Below are positions 34,756 to 44,694 of a stretch of 64,000 nucleotides of DNA, piece by piece. Below the pieces are notes generated by a model. The model was given only the letters and a program-made list of their open reading frames with translations, was not told the origin of the DNA and ran no database searches. Source of the stretch: an uncultured delta proteobacterium (GTDB lineage: Bacteria > Myxococcota_A > Polyangia > Polyangiales > Houyiibacteriaceae); NCBI GenBank assembly GCA_963699755.1, contig CAVOVB010000003.1:544001-608000 (forward strand). Reading direction: 5' to 3'. The translations under genes were made by a program, and so were the position numbers. Every line of letters begins with the position of its first letter. Position 1 is the first letter of the stretch.

Positions 34756-35587
34756 CTCGCAGCCCTTCTCCAAAGAGGTTGAAGCCAAACACAGCCATGC
34801 TGATCAGGACGGCCGGATAGAGGGTCAGCCGCGGGACGCCGAGGAGCAGCGACTGGCTGTCGTTGAGCATTGAGCCCCAGCTTGCGGTCGGCGGTCGAAC
34901 ACCGAGGCCAAGAAACGAGAGCGCGCTTTCCGCGATGATCATGCGAGCGACAAGAATCGTCGCGATAGCGATGATCGGACCGATGACGTTCGGAAGTACG
35001 TGTCGCGCAAGGATTCGGACGTGACGCAGGCCAAGGGCCCGGGCTGCCTGAATGTAGTCTAGCTCGCGTGCCTCCATCGTCTTGGCTCGCGTGACGCGTG
35101 CGAGGGTTGTCCACGAGAGCACGCCGAGCACAATGCAGATCGTCCAGATTCCCGGCGCATCCCAGACGCGTTGCATCACGATGGCGATCAAGAGAAAGGG
35201 CATCGAGAGGACGACGTCGACGAGCCGCATCAAAAACGTGTCAACTCGACCGCCGATGTAGCCCGACAAGAGGCCGAGGGCGACCCCGATCAGCACCGCC
35301 AGCGCGGTCGCGAGGTAGGCCACCAGCATCGAGACTCGGGCGCCGCTCAGAAGCCGGCTCAGCTCGTCCCGGGCGAGGACATCGCCCCCGAGCCAATGAC
35401 CCGGTACGACCCCTGGGCCGGCCGGAAGGCCGTTTGGCAGAAGAAGACTGTCGGTGAGCTGCTCCACCGGGTCGAATGGCGCCAACCAGGGCCCCAAGAG
35501 GCCTAGCGCGGTCACCGCGACGACCAGGACCAGGCCGACCAGAGCCCCCTTGTTCCGCCGAAATCGTCGAAACGCCCGTGAATCCAT
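34733..35587 (-). CDS. Peptide ABC transporter permease (OppC/DppC-like)
   Basis: HWLGGD..RD, DYIQAARALG, RHVLPN, ESALSFLGLG, FNLFGEGLRDAFDP. Confidence 0.93.
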   Translation of the reverse strand: MDSRAFRRFRRNKGALVGLVLVVAVTALGLLGPWLAPFDPVEQLTDSLLLPNGLPAGPGVVPGHWLGGDVLARDELSRLLSGARVSMLVAYLATALAVLIGVALGLLSGYIGGRVDTFLMRLVDVVLSMPFLLIAIVMQRVWDAPGIWTICIVLGVLSWTTLARVTRAKTMEARELDYIQAARALGLRHVRILARHVLPNVIGPIIAIATILVARMIIAESALSFLGLGVRPPTASWGSMLNDSQSLLLGVPRLTLYPAVLISMAVFGFNLFGEGLRDAFDPKD

Positions 35588-35699
35588 GCGCTTGCACCGA
35601 GGTACTGGGTTCAGGGGATCCCGTCAATTTCCGCCCTCAAATCCGATCGCGAGGCTGACCAATCGATCCCAGATTACAGGTCTAATCGACCGGGGTTGA

Positions 35700-35806
35700 G
35701 CTATTTGGCCCTGAAAAGCTTGAAATTTCAAACTCTTGTAGGTTCATGCATTTTAGTGTTGACCAAATTATTTTGAATAGAATACATTCTCTATAAGTTA
35801 TTCAAA
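35700..35806. promoter_or_regulatory. AT-rich divergent promoter/operator region with palindromes
   Basis: Perfect palindrome TTGAAATTTCAA (35720-35731); inverted pair TTTGAATA (35772-35779)/TATTCAAA (35799-35806); TTGACC at 35759. Confidence 0.65.
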
Positions 35807-36366
35807 TGACTCTACCTAGGGGACACGAGCGGAGACATGGAGAATCGGAGGCCAGGACCTGGTCCGACGAGGAGCTCGAGGCGATCGAACGGGCGCACGC
35901 CGAAGGGATGAGCGTCCAGCAGATCGTCGAGACGTTCACCGCCCGTGGCTCCCGACTCACCGAAGCCACCTTCCGCAAGTACGTGCAGCTCGGCCTATTG
36001 CCGCGAAGCGTGCGGGTCGGTCGCAAGGGCAAGCACCGAGGCTCGCAGGGCCTCTATCCGGCGACTGCGGTTCGCCAAATCGATCACATCCGCCGCCTCA
36101 TGCATCAGGGGTTCACGATGGAGGAAATCCACAAGGAGTTCCTCTTCGTTCGTGGCGACATCGACGCACTGAGGCGGCAGCTCAAGCGTGTGTACCAGGC
36201 GATTGAAGACGCCGTGCACGAGCAAGAGCGCGAAGGCGCCAACGACGCGACGGTCGGCGATGCGCTCAACGATGTTCGCGAGCTCGGTTCAGAGCTCGTT
36301 CAGAAGCTCGAGGCTATCGAGCGGCGCCTGACGATGCGGGCCCGCATGGCGCGGGCAGCGGTCTAA
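35806..36366 (+). CDS. MerR-like HTH transcriptional regulator
   Basis: [17 protein letters not shown]..., GLYP...[17 protein letters not shown], then a coiled-coil. Confidence 0.75.
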   Translation: MTLPRGHERRHGESEARTWSDEELEAIERAHAEGMSVQQIVETFTARGSRLTEATFRKYVQLGLLPRSVRVGRKGKHRGSQGLYPATAVRQIDHIRRLMHQGFTMEEIHKEFLFVRGDIDALRRQLKRVYQAIEDAVHEQEREGANDATVGDALNDVRELGSELVQKLEAIERRLTMRARMARAAV

Positions 36367-36389
36367 GAGGTTTGAGGGGGAGAGGTGTC

Positions 36390-36917
36390 ATGAAGGACGC
36401 AGCAAGCGCAGACGTGGTCGACAGTGAAGCCAATCCGGACGAGGAGCGCGAATCACTCGCAGACGCGCTCGGCGAGCCGGGTTCAGAAGAGCGCCGGGGT
36501 CGTAGGAAGCGCCGTTCGCGCGCGCGCGCCAGGACGATTTCCATTCGCCGTTTGAGCAAGGCGGAGCTCAACCGCGGTAAGGAGCTCTATCCTGAATCCG
36601 ACTACTGGAAGCCGACGAGCCGCTCCGAGTGCAAGGAGATGGAGCGGCCGTGCCCCTTCGTCTCGTGCAAGTACCACCTGTACATCGACGTCCATCCGGT
36701 GCGTGGGTCGATCAAGCTCAACTTCCCCGACGTCGAGATCTGGGAGATGACCGAGACCTGCGCGCTCGATGTAGCCGACCGTGGCGGCATCACCCTCGAA
36801 GAGGTGGGCGAGATCATGAACCTCACGCGCGAGCGCGTTCGCCAGGTCGAGACGGCGGGGCTCGCTCGCCTTCAGGAATACCGCGACGTCGATCGTCTCA
36901 AAGACTACGTGACCTAA
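36390..36917 (+). CDS. Sigma70 region-4-like HTH protein with a Cys/His cluster
   Basis: C-terminal [20 protein letters not shown]; upstream C...[12 protein letters not shown] and TCALD; no sigma region 2 visible. Confidence 0.8.
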   Translation: MKDAASADVVDSEANPDEERESLADALGEPGSEERRGRRKRRSRARARTISIRRLSKAELNRGKELYPESDYWKPTSRSECKEMERPCPFVSCKYHLYIDVHPVRGSIKLNFPDVEIWEMTETCALDVADRGGITLEEVGEIMNLTRERVRQVETAGLARLQEYRDVDRLKDYVT

Positions 36918-36942
36918 AGGCCACTCCAACAACAGCAGGGGG

Positions 36943-36972
36943 AGGGTGCCGCCGATGGGCGGCACCCTTTTT
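36943..36972 (+). terminator. Intrinsic terminator
   Basis: AGGGTGCCGCC-GATG-GGCGGCACCCT, an 11-bp perfect stem followed by a T tract. Confidence 0.85.
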
Positions 36973-36974
36973 AT

Positions 36975-37289
36975 TTAATTGAGCGAGTGCTCGGGTGGCT
37001 TCTTGGCCCAGATCGATTCCCAGCCGGTTCGATACCGATCGTTCGCTACCTTCGCGGGCCGCCCCGTTGGTGCGCGAGCCCCGTGTTGCACCTCGGCGTC
37101 GAAAAGCATCGGCGAATCCTCGCGCGGCTTGAGTCGGACGACTTCACCATGGATGGGTTTCCCGTCCTCGAGTGGACGGAGACGCCCAGCCTCGATTCCT
37201 TCGCCTCGCTGGCGAAGTACGTGATAACCATCCCCGTCGTCGGCCCTGCCATAGACAAACACGACGTCTTGAGGCTTCTGAGCGCTCAT
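36975..37289 (-). CDS. Hypothetical protein
   Basis: 104-aa ORF with natural composition, convergent on the terminator. Confidence 0.65.
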   Translation of the reverse strand: MSAQKPQDVVFVYGRADDGDGYHVLRQRGEGIEAGRLRPLEDGKPIHGEVVRLKPREDSPMLFDAEVQHGARAPTGRPAKVANDRYRTGWESIWAKKPPEHSLN

Positions 37290-37709
37290 GACCGATCAAT
37301 AAGTCCGCTTGCTGTCGAAGTCTAGTCCTCCTCGAGCTCTCTAATTTTCGGGCCTGGATGCCCCGTGCCTGCCTCTTTGAGGGCCGCACCTAACGAAAAT
37401 GATGCCAGTTGATCGCAAGGCGAGGTTTGGGAGCGTCGATTCTCGTCGAGGTGCCGAGCGCATGTAGTGGTAGCCCGGGCGGAGGGGAGGGGACGAGCTT
37501 CCTCGATGGACGGCTCTACATCGCCCTCCTCGCCGCCGGCAAGGTAGCGGGCCTGAGCGCGGATGATGACTGGGCAACCGCTGCTGTCGAAACCGCGCCG
37601 GCGATGGAATTGACTCCGGTTCCGGATCTTCAACGTCGATCTCGAGTCCTCTGAATAGGCGGCCGAGCACTTGTCAGTAGGGACTCCTTTTCGTACGGTG
37701 CGCGCCATC

Positions 37710-40037
37710 GTGAATCGGATAGCTTTCCTTTCGCTTGCCTGCCTGATCAGCGCCGCTCCGGCCTCGGCTCAGGATGCGGCCTGTCCGTCGGGCAACCTCA
37801 TTGCCGGCAAGTCACCCATCGCCCAGCCAGGCGTGACTCACCCGGAGCGCCTGACCGACGGGCTCGCCGCCCAGGAAGGCGACCCTTGGCAGAGCGAGCT
37901 CACCTCGGTGTTTGCCGACGTCCGCAGCCAGGTCGTCTATGATCTCGGTGCCACGACACGCGTCACCGCGGTCGATGTTCAGGGCGACAACAACGACGTG
38001 TACATCGTCGAGCTCTCGGACGATGCACAAAGCTTCAGAGCACTCTGGATGGCCGACCCCGCTCCGGGTGCAGGCATGCGACGAAGGGGCAGCCGGGGCC
38101 TCAGCGGGCAGGGCCGATACCTACGCATTCGCGCGCAGGGTGGGGACGGGTACTACAGCTTGAGCGAGGTGCTTGCCTTCTGTGAGCCGCCCGCCGCCTG
38201 GCCGCCCGCCGTCCAGGTGAAGAGCACCTCGAGTTGGTGGTGGAACAAGCTCCTCGAGAAGCGTGACCATCGGTATCGCTTGGCGGTCGCGGTACTCGGC
38301 TTGCTGTTTTTCATCGCGCTCTTTCGGATCGACGAAAGCAAGAAGGCCCTCTGGGGCGCATCGGCGCTCTCCGTCGCGATGCTCGGGATCTCGAGTTACC
38401 GGCTATACGGCGCGAGGCTCGCGCCCTGGTTTGCGGACTCGGGGGTCTATGCACTCGCGGTGCTGGTGCTGGGCTGGGCCGCCCGCGGCATCTGGCTTGC
38501 GAAGCAGCGCCAAGACGCCCGCCAGTGGTTGGTGCACGGCGCGCTTCTCTGGGTGATCGTCGCGAGCGCCACGGCCTGGGTAAACTTCGGGGTGTTTCAC
38601 ACCTCGAGAATCGTCCACTATTGGGATACCTTTCACTATTACGTCGGCTCCAAGTACTTTGAAGAGAACGAGTACGAGCGACTCTACCAATGCGTGCTCG
38701 CAGCTGACTACGAGGAACGCGGGGAAGCCGATCTCGGGAAGCGAAAGATCCGCGACCTGGTCGACAACCGCCTTCACTACGTCAGCAAAGACGACGCGCT
38801 TCGCTATCAGAAGACCTGCGCGGAGCACTTCTCGCCCGAACGCTGGGAGGCCTTTCGCTATGATGCGCGCGCGTTCCGCACGGTCATGGGGTCGGGCTGG
38901 TGGAAAGACATGTTGATGGATCACGGCTACAACGCGAGCCCGATCTCCAACATGGTGGCTGCGTTCCTGACGAACATCGGCTGGCAGGAGCAGGTTCCCA
39001 AGGTCTCGTCCAATCGAGTGGCACCCGAGGATCTGAAGACGTTTCGAAAACGGATACTCCGCTACACGATGATCGACCTAGCCCTCTACGCGGGTGCGTT
39101 TCTAATGATCTTTTGGGCCTTTGGACTCCGCGCGACCGCGCTCTCGGTGCTCGTCTGGGGGACCGGCTACCCCTGGGCATACTTCTGGACGGGCGGAAGC
39201 TTCGCGCGCGTCCCCTGGCTCTTCATGGCGGTTGCCGCCGTAGCGCTCTTGAAGCGCGGCTACCCGCTGTTGTCTGGCTTCGCGCTTTCGTGGAGCGCGC
39301 TCTTGCGTTTGTTCCCCGCGGCGCTCGCCGGAGGTCCGATCGCAGCAGTCGTCGATCGGTTCGTTCGTCGAAAGAAGATCGATCGCCCCTGGCTGGATTC
39401 GAGCGACAAGCGATTTATCGTCGGTGGCGTCCTCGGCCTGCTCGTGCTCTGTACGGCGAGCGTCGCGGTCAACGGGATGGACGCACACCCGCAGTTTCTC
39501 ACCAACACGTTGAAGCACAGCGAGACGCCGCTGACCAATCACATGGGGCTTCCGACGATTCTGTCATACAAGCCGAGCAAGGTCGGCCGTTTCACGAAGG
39601 ACGGGAGCCTCGAAGATCCTTGGGCCAAGTGGAAACAAGCGCGCAAGGAAACAAAGCACGACCGTCGCTGGCTTCACGGGCTCCTCCTGCTCGGCATGTT
39701 CGTCTTGCTTGCGCTTGCGGGCCGGCGGCTCGCACCATGGGCGGTGCTCGCCGGGAGCACGATCCTGATCATCGGCTTCTTCGAGCTGACATGTTACTAC
39801 TACAGCTTCGTCGTCGTGATGGCTCCGCTGGCGATCGAGCGCCTGCGTTATACGGTGGCGCTCGTCTTGATGGTCATCGCGGGGGTGATGCTGCAGTTCT
39901 TCATAGGCTGGTATGACGAGCAGTACATCTGGGAGACGGTCGCAGTACTCCTCGGGCTCAGTTACATCCTGGTCGACGTCGTGAAGGATCCGCTCCCCGA
40001 CGCTTCGCCCGCGTCAGCAGCCTATCGAACGGCGTAG
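37710..40037 (+). CDS. Membrane protein with an N-terminal discoidin/F5-8C-like domain and a polytopic GT-C-like region
   Basis: Signal peptide (APASA), YDLG...GRYLRI...YSLSEV discoidin-like pattern, many TMs, WDTFHYYVGSKY loop. Confidence 0.7.
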   Translation: MNRIAFLSLACLISAAPASAQDAACPSGNLIAGKSPIAQPGVTHPERLTDGLAAQEGDPWQSELTSVFADVRSQVVYDLGATTRVTAVDVQGDNNDVYIVELSDDAQSFRALWMADPAPGAGMRRRGSRGLSGQGRYLRIRAQGGDGYYSLSEVLAFCEPPAAWPPAVQVKSTSSWWWNKLLEKRDHRYRLAVAVLGLLFFIALFRIDESKKALWGASALSVAMLGISSYRLYGARLAPWFADSGVYALAVLVLGWAARGIWLAKQRQDARQWLVHGALLWVIVASATAWVNFGVFHTSRIVHYWDTFHYYVGSKYFEENEYERLYQCVLAADYEERGEADLGKRKIRDLVDNRLHYVSKDDALRYQKTCAEHFSPERWEAFRYDARAFRTVMGSGWWKDMLMDHGYNASPISNMVAAFLTNIGWQEQVPKVSSNRVAPEDLKTFRKRILRYTMIDLALYAGAFLMIFWAFGLRATALSVLVWGTGYPWAYFWTGGSFARVPWLFMAVAAVALLKRGYPLLSGFALSWSALLRLFPAALAGGPIAAVVDRFVRRKKIDRPWLDSSDKRFIVGGVLGLLVLCTASVAVNGMDAHPQFLTNTLKHSETPLTNHMGLPTILSYKPSKVGRFTKDGSLEDPWAKWKQARKETKHDRRWLHGLLLLGMFVLLALAGRRLAPWAVLAGSTILIIGFFELTCYYYSFVVVMAPLAIERLRYTVALVLMVIAGVMLQFFIGWYDEQYIWETVAVLLGLSYILVDVVKDPLPDASPASAAYRTA

Positions 40038-40050
40038 CATGAAGTGCCGC

Positions 40051-40079
40051 TTGCAAGCCTTGGCGACCGGCCTTACCTT
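40051..40079 (+). promoter_or_regulatory. Putative sigma70 promoter of rnpB
   Basis: TTGCAA, 17 nt spacer, TACCTT, ending 6 nt before the predicted RNA 5' end. Confidence 0.6.
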
Positions 40080-40085
40080 CAGTCC

Positions 40086-40467
40086 GTTAGACAGGTTCAC
40101 GTGATCGCTGGTGTGTATTTGCACACGGGAGGAAAGTCCGAGCTTCATAGGGCAGGATGCCAGGTAACGCCTGGTGGGGGCGACCCCGAGGAAAGTGCCA
40201 CAGAAAGCAAACCGCCTCGCCGCCGAAAGGCCGCGCGGTAAGGGTGAAAGGGTGAGGTAAGAGCTCACCGGGCCGGCGGTAACGTCGGTCGCATGGCAAA
40301 CCCCATCCGAAGCAAGACGAAATAGGGAGACGTCGAGGGTAGTCCCGCCCAAGTCTCCGGGTAGCGTCGCTCGAGGCCGATGGTGACATCGGTCCCAGAA
40401 GAATGACCACGACCCGCGGTTCGGCGACGAGCGCGGGCTACAGAACTCGGCTTACGAACCCTCTAAC
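40086..40467 (+). ncRNA. rnpB: RNase P RNA, bacterial class A
   Basis: GAGGAAAGTCCGAGC, GAAAGTGCCACAGAAA, GGTAAGAG, GGCAAACCCC...GCAAG, ACAGAACTCGGCTTA; 5' GTTAG..GGTTC pairs with 3' GAACC..CTAAC. Confidence 0.97.
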
Positions 40468-40505
40468 CACGGCGCCTCGCTCAGCGGGGCGCCGTGCTGT
40501 TTTTT
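40468..40505 (+). terminator. Intrinsic terminator after rnpB
   Basis: CACGGCGCC...GGCGCCGTG stem followed by a T run. Confidence 0.8.
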
Positions 40506-40564
40506 GGGGCCTTCTGCGTCGTTCGATTCGGCCGGAGTCGCCACGTGGCGGTACTCCGCTGCCG

Positions 40565-42412
40565 CTACGTCTTGCGAAGGGTAGGCTCGAGGACGATGCC
40601 GCGTTCCCGGGCGCGCTCGAGGGCTTCGGCGCGAGGCTGCTGGTAGTGGGCCGAGCCGAGATAGGCGAACAGGCGTCCGCTTGCCGGGATGACCATGTCT
40701 TCGGGGATCCATTCGACCGGCTCGCCGTCGGACCAACAGACCTCTCCGCGCTCCATTTTCCAGGCGGCTTCGGAGAGATCCATCGGCGCCAGCACCTCGC
40801 GAATCGCTTCGAATCGACCCTGGATCGCCGGATCGAGAAAGAAGGACTGGCCGCCCCCGATGAAGGCGATGTGGTAGCGCGAGGGGTGGTGCGCAAGCCC
40901 ATCGAGCGCGAGCCGCTGCGCGCCTTGGAAGAGCATGTGCATCGTTTCCTCGCCGACGCCGAGGCCCGGATGGTCCTGACCCGGCCATTGCGGCTGGCGC
41001 AACGAGAAGCTGGCGGTGGGGTTCTGGAGCATCATCCACTCGATGTAGAGCAGGCGAAGCTCGTCGGGCGGCTCGAGACCTTCGGGGGCCGGACGGGTGA
41101 GGCGGCGGAGCACTTGATCGACCAGAAGGTAGCGCTCGCCGTTCTTGCGCGCGTGCAGGGTGAGGTGCTGCCGCTCCGGATCGGTCGGGTCGACCTTCAG
41201 CTCGAGGTCCGTAAACCCGAGGCTTCGCACCCGGTCGGACAGCCCGTATTTTTCGAGTGCAAACTCGATGCCATGGCGCGAGTAGTAATCTAGAAGGCGC
41301 GTCGACTTGTTTCGAGGGCCCGCCAGGTCTCCCATCAGGTCGGCTTCGGTGAGCCGCCACTCGCCGCTTGGGCGCTGCAGGTCGTACGGGTCGAGCTGCT
41401 GAGCGATCTGCGCGTACTGCTCGTACAGGCTTCGTTGCGGCTCGCCGCTGACCTTAGCCTCGTCGACCAGCAGCCAGCGAATAAAATCGCTAGACGAGCT
41501 CCAGGCGTGGTCGCTATAGCCTCCGCCAAGGGTCACCACCACGGGGCAGTCATGCTTTCGCGCCAGCTCGATGACGAAGCGATCGCGTTCGAGCACGCCT
41601 TCCCGCGTGAGCCTGAAATCACCGAGGCGATCTCCTTCTAGGACATCGTTGCCCGCGACGTAGAAGATCAGGCCCGGCTTGATCGCGTCGAGAGATGGGG
41701 GGAGCGATTCGCGGAGCTGCTTCAAATACGTTTCGTCGTCGACCTTGGACGGAAGAAGAAATTGCTGGTCCGAAGCCGCCTCGATGTGGCTCCAAACCGA
41801 GCCGTGAATCGAATAGGTGAAGACCGTCTTGTCGTCTTCAAAGGCGACGATGTTGCCGTTGCCCTGGTGGTAGTCCAGGTCTACGATGGCGATCGGCTTA
41901 TCGAAGCCCTCGGCACGGAGGGATGCGATCGCGACAGCGATGTCGTTGTAGACACAGAATCCGGACCCGGACTCCGGCTCGGCGTGGTGAAAGCCGCCCC
42001 CGATGTTGAAGGCCACACGGTCGTTGCGCTGGATTGCCCAACGGGCAGCCTCGACGGTTCCTCCAACCTGGCGCCGCTGCCCGATCAGCACGGGATCGAC
42101 GTCGATGTCGTGGGCCTCGAGGCCAAAGATGCGCCCCAGGTATTCGGGTCGCGCCGTTTGCTCGAGATACGATTGGGAATGTGCCCTCGCGAGCTCCGCC
42201 AACGGGACCAGGGGGGCCGGGCGCACTTGCGTCGGACGGATAAGCCGCTCGGCGCCGAGCATGCCGAGGATCTTCTCGCCGCGCGCCACTTCGATCCCGG
42301 GAACACGTGCCGTCTCGACGAGCAAGTCGACCTTGTACTGCGGGTGGTACCAAAGGCCGACCTGGTCTCTGAGCCTCTTGTGAGCCTTTCGGCGTTGGAG
42401 CCACTTGGCCAT
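40565..42412 (-). CDS. Histone deacetylase family protein with a long C-terminal domain
   Basis: GGFHHA, GFCVYND, DLDYHQGNG, YSIH, GDRLG, LGGGY. Confidence 0.88.
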   Translation of the reverse strand: MAKWLQRRKAHKRLRDQVGLWYHPQYKVDLLVETARVPGIEVARGEKILGMLGAERLIRPTQVRPAPLVPLAELARAHSQSYLEQTARPEYLGRIFGLEAHDIDVDPVLIGQRRQVGGTVEAARWAIQRNDRVAFNIGGGFHHAEPESGSGFCVYNDIAVAIASLRAEGFDKPIAIVDLDYHQGNGNIVAFEDDKTVFTYSIHGSVWSHIEAASDQQFLLPSKVDDETYLKQLRESLPPSLDAIKPGLIFYVAGNDVLEGDRLGDFRLTREGVLERDRFVIELARKHDCPVVVTLGGGYSDHAWSSSSDFIRWLLVDEAKVSGEPQRSLYEQYAQIAQQLDPYDLQRPSGEWRLTEADLMGDLAGPRNKSTRLLDYYSRHGIEFALEKYGLSDRVRSLGFTDLELKVDPTDPERQHLTLHARKNGERYLLVDQVLRRLTRPAPEGLEPPDELRLLYIEWMMLQNPTASFSLRQPQWPGQDHPGLGVGEETMHMLFQGAQRLALDGLAHHPSRYHIAFIGGGQSFFLDPAIQGRFEAIREVLAPMDLSEAAWKMERGEVCWSDGEPVEWIPEDMVIPASGRLFAYLGSAHYQQPRAEALERARERGIVLEPTLRKT

Positions 42413-42417
42413 CGGGT

Positions 42418-44166
42418 TTACACCGAGATGGAGCCCTTGCGGAAGTCGGTGGCGGCGATGTGCACGTTGATGACGACCGGCCTGCCGGAGGCAGCGTGCG
42501 ACTTCGCTTCGTCCAAGGTCTCGTCGATGCGTGTGGGGTCATCGAGGAGAAGGCCCACTGCGCCATAACCTCGCCCAACTTCGTGGTACGCGGTCCGCTT
42601 GAGCACCGTGCCAACGTCCGTGCCAAGCATGGGGACTTGCTCTCGGGCGATCTGCGACCAGGACCCGTCGGTCCCGATGACCGCGATAGGCGCTAACCCG
42701 TGCCTCACGCAGGTGTCGATCTCGGCGAGGCTATACGCACTGGAACCGTCGCCGTAGATCAGCCAGACCTCTTTTCCGGGACGCACCAAGGACGCCCCCA
42801 CCGCGAAGCCACCGCCGACACCGAGTGTCCCGAAGACGCCGGGGTCTAGCCACGACAAGGGCTTGCGCGGCCGCAAGATGTAGGACGCCGTCGCGACGAA
42901 ATCTCCGCCATCGACGACGAGCACCGCATCTTGAGCCATTTTCTCTTCGATGCGTAAGAAGAGCTGGAGCGGGTTGACGAGCTCCGAGGGCGCTTTTGCC
43001 TGCTCGCCAATCTCCTCGTCGCGCGCGACCTCGCGGCCCCGGAGGGTGTCGAACCAATCGGTCCAGGGGCCGAGCCCTCCGCCAACCGCGTTGGCGAGCG
43101 CTCGCAGAAACTCACCGGCATGCATGTGCACGGGTATCTCTGGGCGTCGATTCTTGCGCATCTCGCTCGCGCTGAGGTTCGCAGCGACCAGGGTCGCCCG
43201 GCTCGAAATGCTCCGCCCGTATCCCATGCGGAAATCGAAGGGGAAGCCTGCGACGATGACGAGGTCGGCTTCCTTGAGCGCCGCGGTGCGTTTGTGCCGG
43301 AACTGAATGTCGCTGTGCTGGCCGAGCAGGCCGCGCGCCATGCCGCCGAGCCAGGTGGGGACGCCCAGGGTGTTGACTGCATCGGCGATTGGTTCGGCGG
43401 AGCCTCGATTGACGAGCGCCTGACTTCCAATGACCAAAGCTGGCCGCTCGGCCCTGCGAAGCAGCGAAGCGACCTTGCCGATGTGCTGGCTCCGGTGGCT
43501 CGGCTTTGGAGGAAGGGATTCGCGCGCCGGCGGGATGAGGCTCACGTGGGGCTGGTGGAACTGACGGTACAAATGGCCGCGCATGAAGAGCTCGAGCGCT
43601 TTCGAGCTGAGGTTCTTGCCCTCCTTGACGCCGCTCTCCTTCATGAACATCTCCCGAACCATCTCTTCGGGGTAGAGCACGTCGATGGGCACTTCGATGA
43701 AGACGGGACCGGGAACGCTGTCTTGCGCCAGATCCAAGGCCTTTTCGACTATCGGAGCGATGCTGTTGACCTTTCTAATGGACACGGCCCACTTGGTGAT
43801 CGGCTCCATGAGCGAAATTTGGTCGATGTCTTGAAGTGCGCCGCGACCCTTGAGCAGGGTCGCCGCCGCGCCGCCGAAGACTAGAATCGGCGATTGTGCG
43901 AGCTGGGCGTTTTTGACGGCGGTGATGGTGTTCGTCACGCCAGGCCCAGCGGTCACCGCTGCGACGCCGGGAACGCCGGTCATGCGCGCGACCGCATCGG
44001 CCGCGAACACCGCGTTGACCTCGTCGCGTACGTCGACCACCTTGATGCCGTTGGCCTCCGCGCCCACGAGGATGGGGGAGATGTGCCCACCGCAGAGGGT
44101 GAACAACTGCTTCACGCCGCGCGATGCGAGAATCCTGCCAATTACCGCGCCGCCATCGTCTGCCAT
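42418..44166 (-). CDS. ThDP-dependent enzyme, ILVBL/2-hydroxyacyl-CoA lyase-like
   Basis: [45 protein letters not shown] ThDP motif. Confidence 0.85.
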   Translation of the reverse strand: MADDGGAVIGRILASRGVKQLFTLCGGHISPILVGAEANGIKVVDVRDEVNAVFAADAVARMTGVPGVAAVTAGPGVTNTITAVKNAQLAQSPILVFGGAAATLLKGRGALQDIDQISLMEPITKWAVSIRKVNSIAPIVEKALDLAQDSVPGPVFIEVPIDVLYPEEMVREMFMKESGVKEGKNLSSKALELFMRGHLYRQFHQPHVSLIPPARESLPPKPSHRSQHIGKVASLLRRAERPALVIGSQALVNRGSAEPIADAVNTLGVPTWLGGMARGLLGQHSDIQFRHKRTAALKEADLVIVAGFPFDFRMGYGRSISSRATLVAANLSASEMRKNRRPEIPVHMHAGEFLRALANAVGGGLGPWTDWFDTLRGREVARDEEIGEQAKAPSELVNPLQLFLRIEEKMAQDAVLVVDGGDFVATASYILRPRKPLSWLDPGVFGTLGVGGGFAVGASLVRPGKEVWLIYGDGSSAYSLAEIDTCVRHGLAPIAVIGTDGSWSQIAREQVPMLGTDVGTVLKRTAYHEVGRGYGAVGLLLDDPTRIDETLDEAKSHAASGRPVVINVHIAATDFRKGSISV

Positions 44167-44564
44167 CACTCGCTCCCAACTCCCTCGAGCACGTGTCGCT
44201 CGAGCACGAAACAGGTGAAGGTTCCTTCGAACACCTTCTCGGAGCGCACCGCGACTTCCACGCGGACCTCGCGCTTCCGGCCCCCTGTGTCAAGGCTTTG
44301 AGCGCTCGCGAGCAGTCGATCACCAGCCCGAACCGGCTTGAGAAAACGGGTCTCGGCGGCTCCGAGAACCACGTTCGGATCGTTCACCGCCAGCATTGCC
44401 GCGTAGTCGGCCAGCCCGAAAACGAAGCCGCCGTGGACCAGGCCATGAGCGTCGACCGCCATCGCAGCACTGGTGCTGAGGGCGACGCGGGCGGAGCCTT
44501 CGCCGAGCGCGAGCAAAGTGCCGCATAAGGCGGGATCCGCCTGAAGATGGGTCCTCGGCTTCAT
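44166..44564 (-). CDS. PaaI-type hotdog thioesterase
   Basis: [21 protein letters not shown]. Confidence 0.85.
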   Translation of the reverse strand: MKPRTHLQADPALCGTLLALGEGSARVALSTSAAMAVDAHGLVHGGFVFGLADYAAMLAVNDPNVVLGAAETRFLKPVRAGDRLLASAQSLDTGGRKREVRVEVAVRSEKVFEGTFTCFVLERHVLEGVGSE

Positions 44565-44694
44565 GGATCCGCACGATTACACGAGCTGGGGGTCGAGAAA
44601 AGCGGGATAGGGCCCAAAGAGGGCCTTTACCGCTTGCCGATTCGGCGATCGGGTGTCTAATAGGTGACTAAATCACGGTGAGACGGAGGGTCAT

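Noticed and set aside
37322..37708. Possible decayed DUF433/DUF5615 toxin-antitoxin remnant (PVII...IEEA, HLDEN fragments on the minus strand)
   Set aside because: Only a few short motif-like words in inconsistent frames; cannot be supported without a profile search
40014..40460. ORFs overlapping this region
   Set aside because: The region is RNase P RNA; these ORFs are spurious
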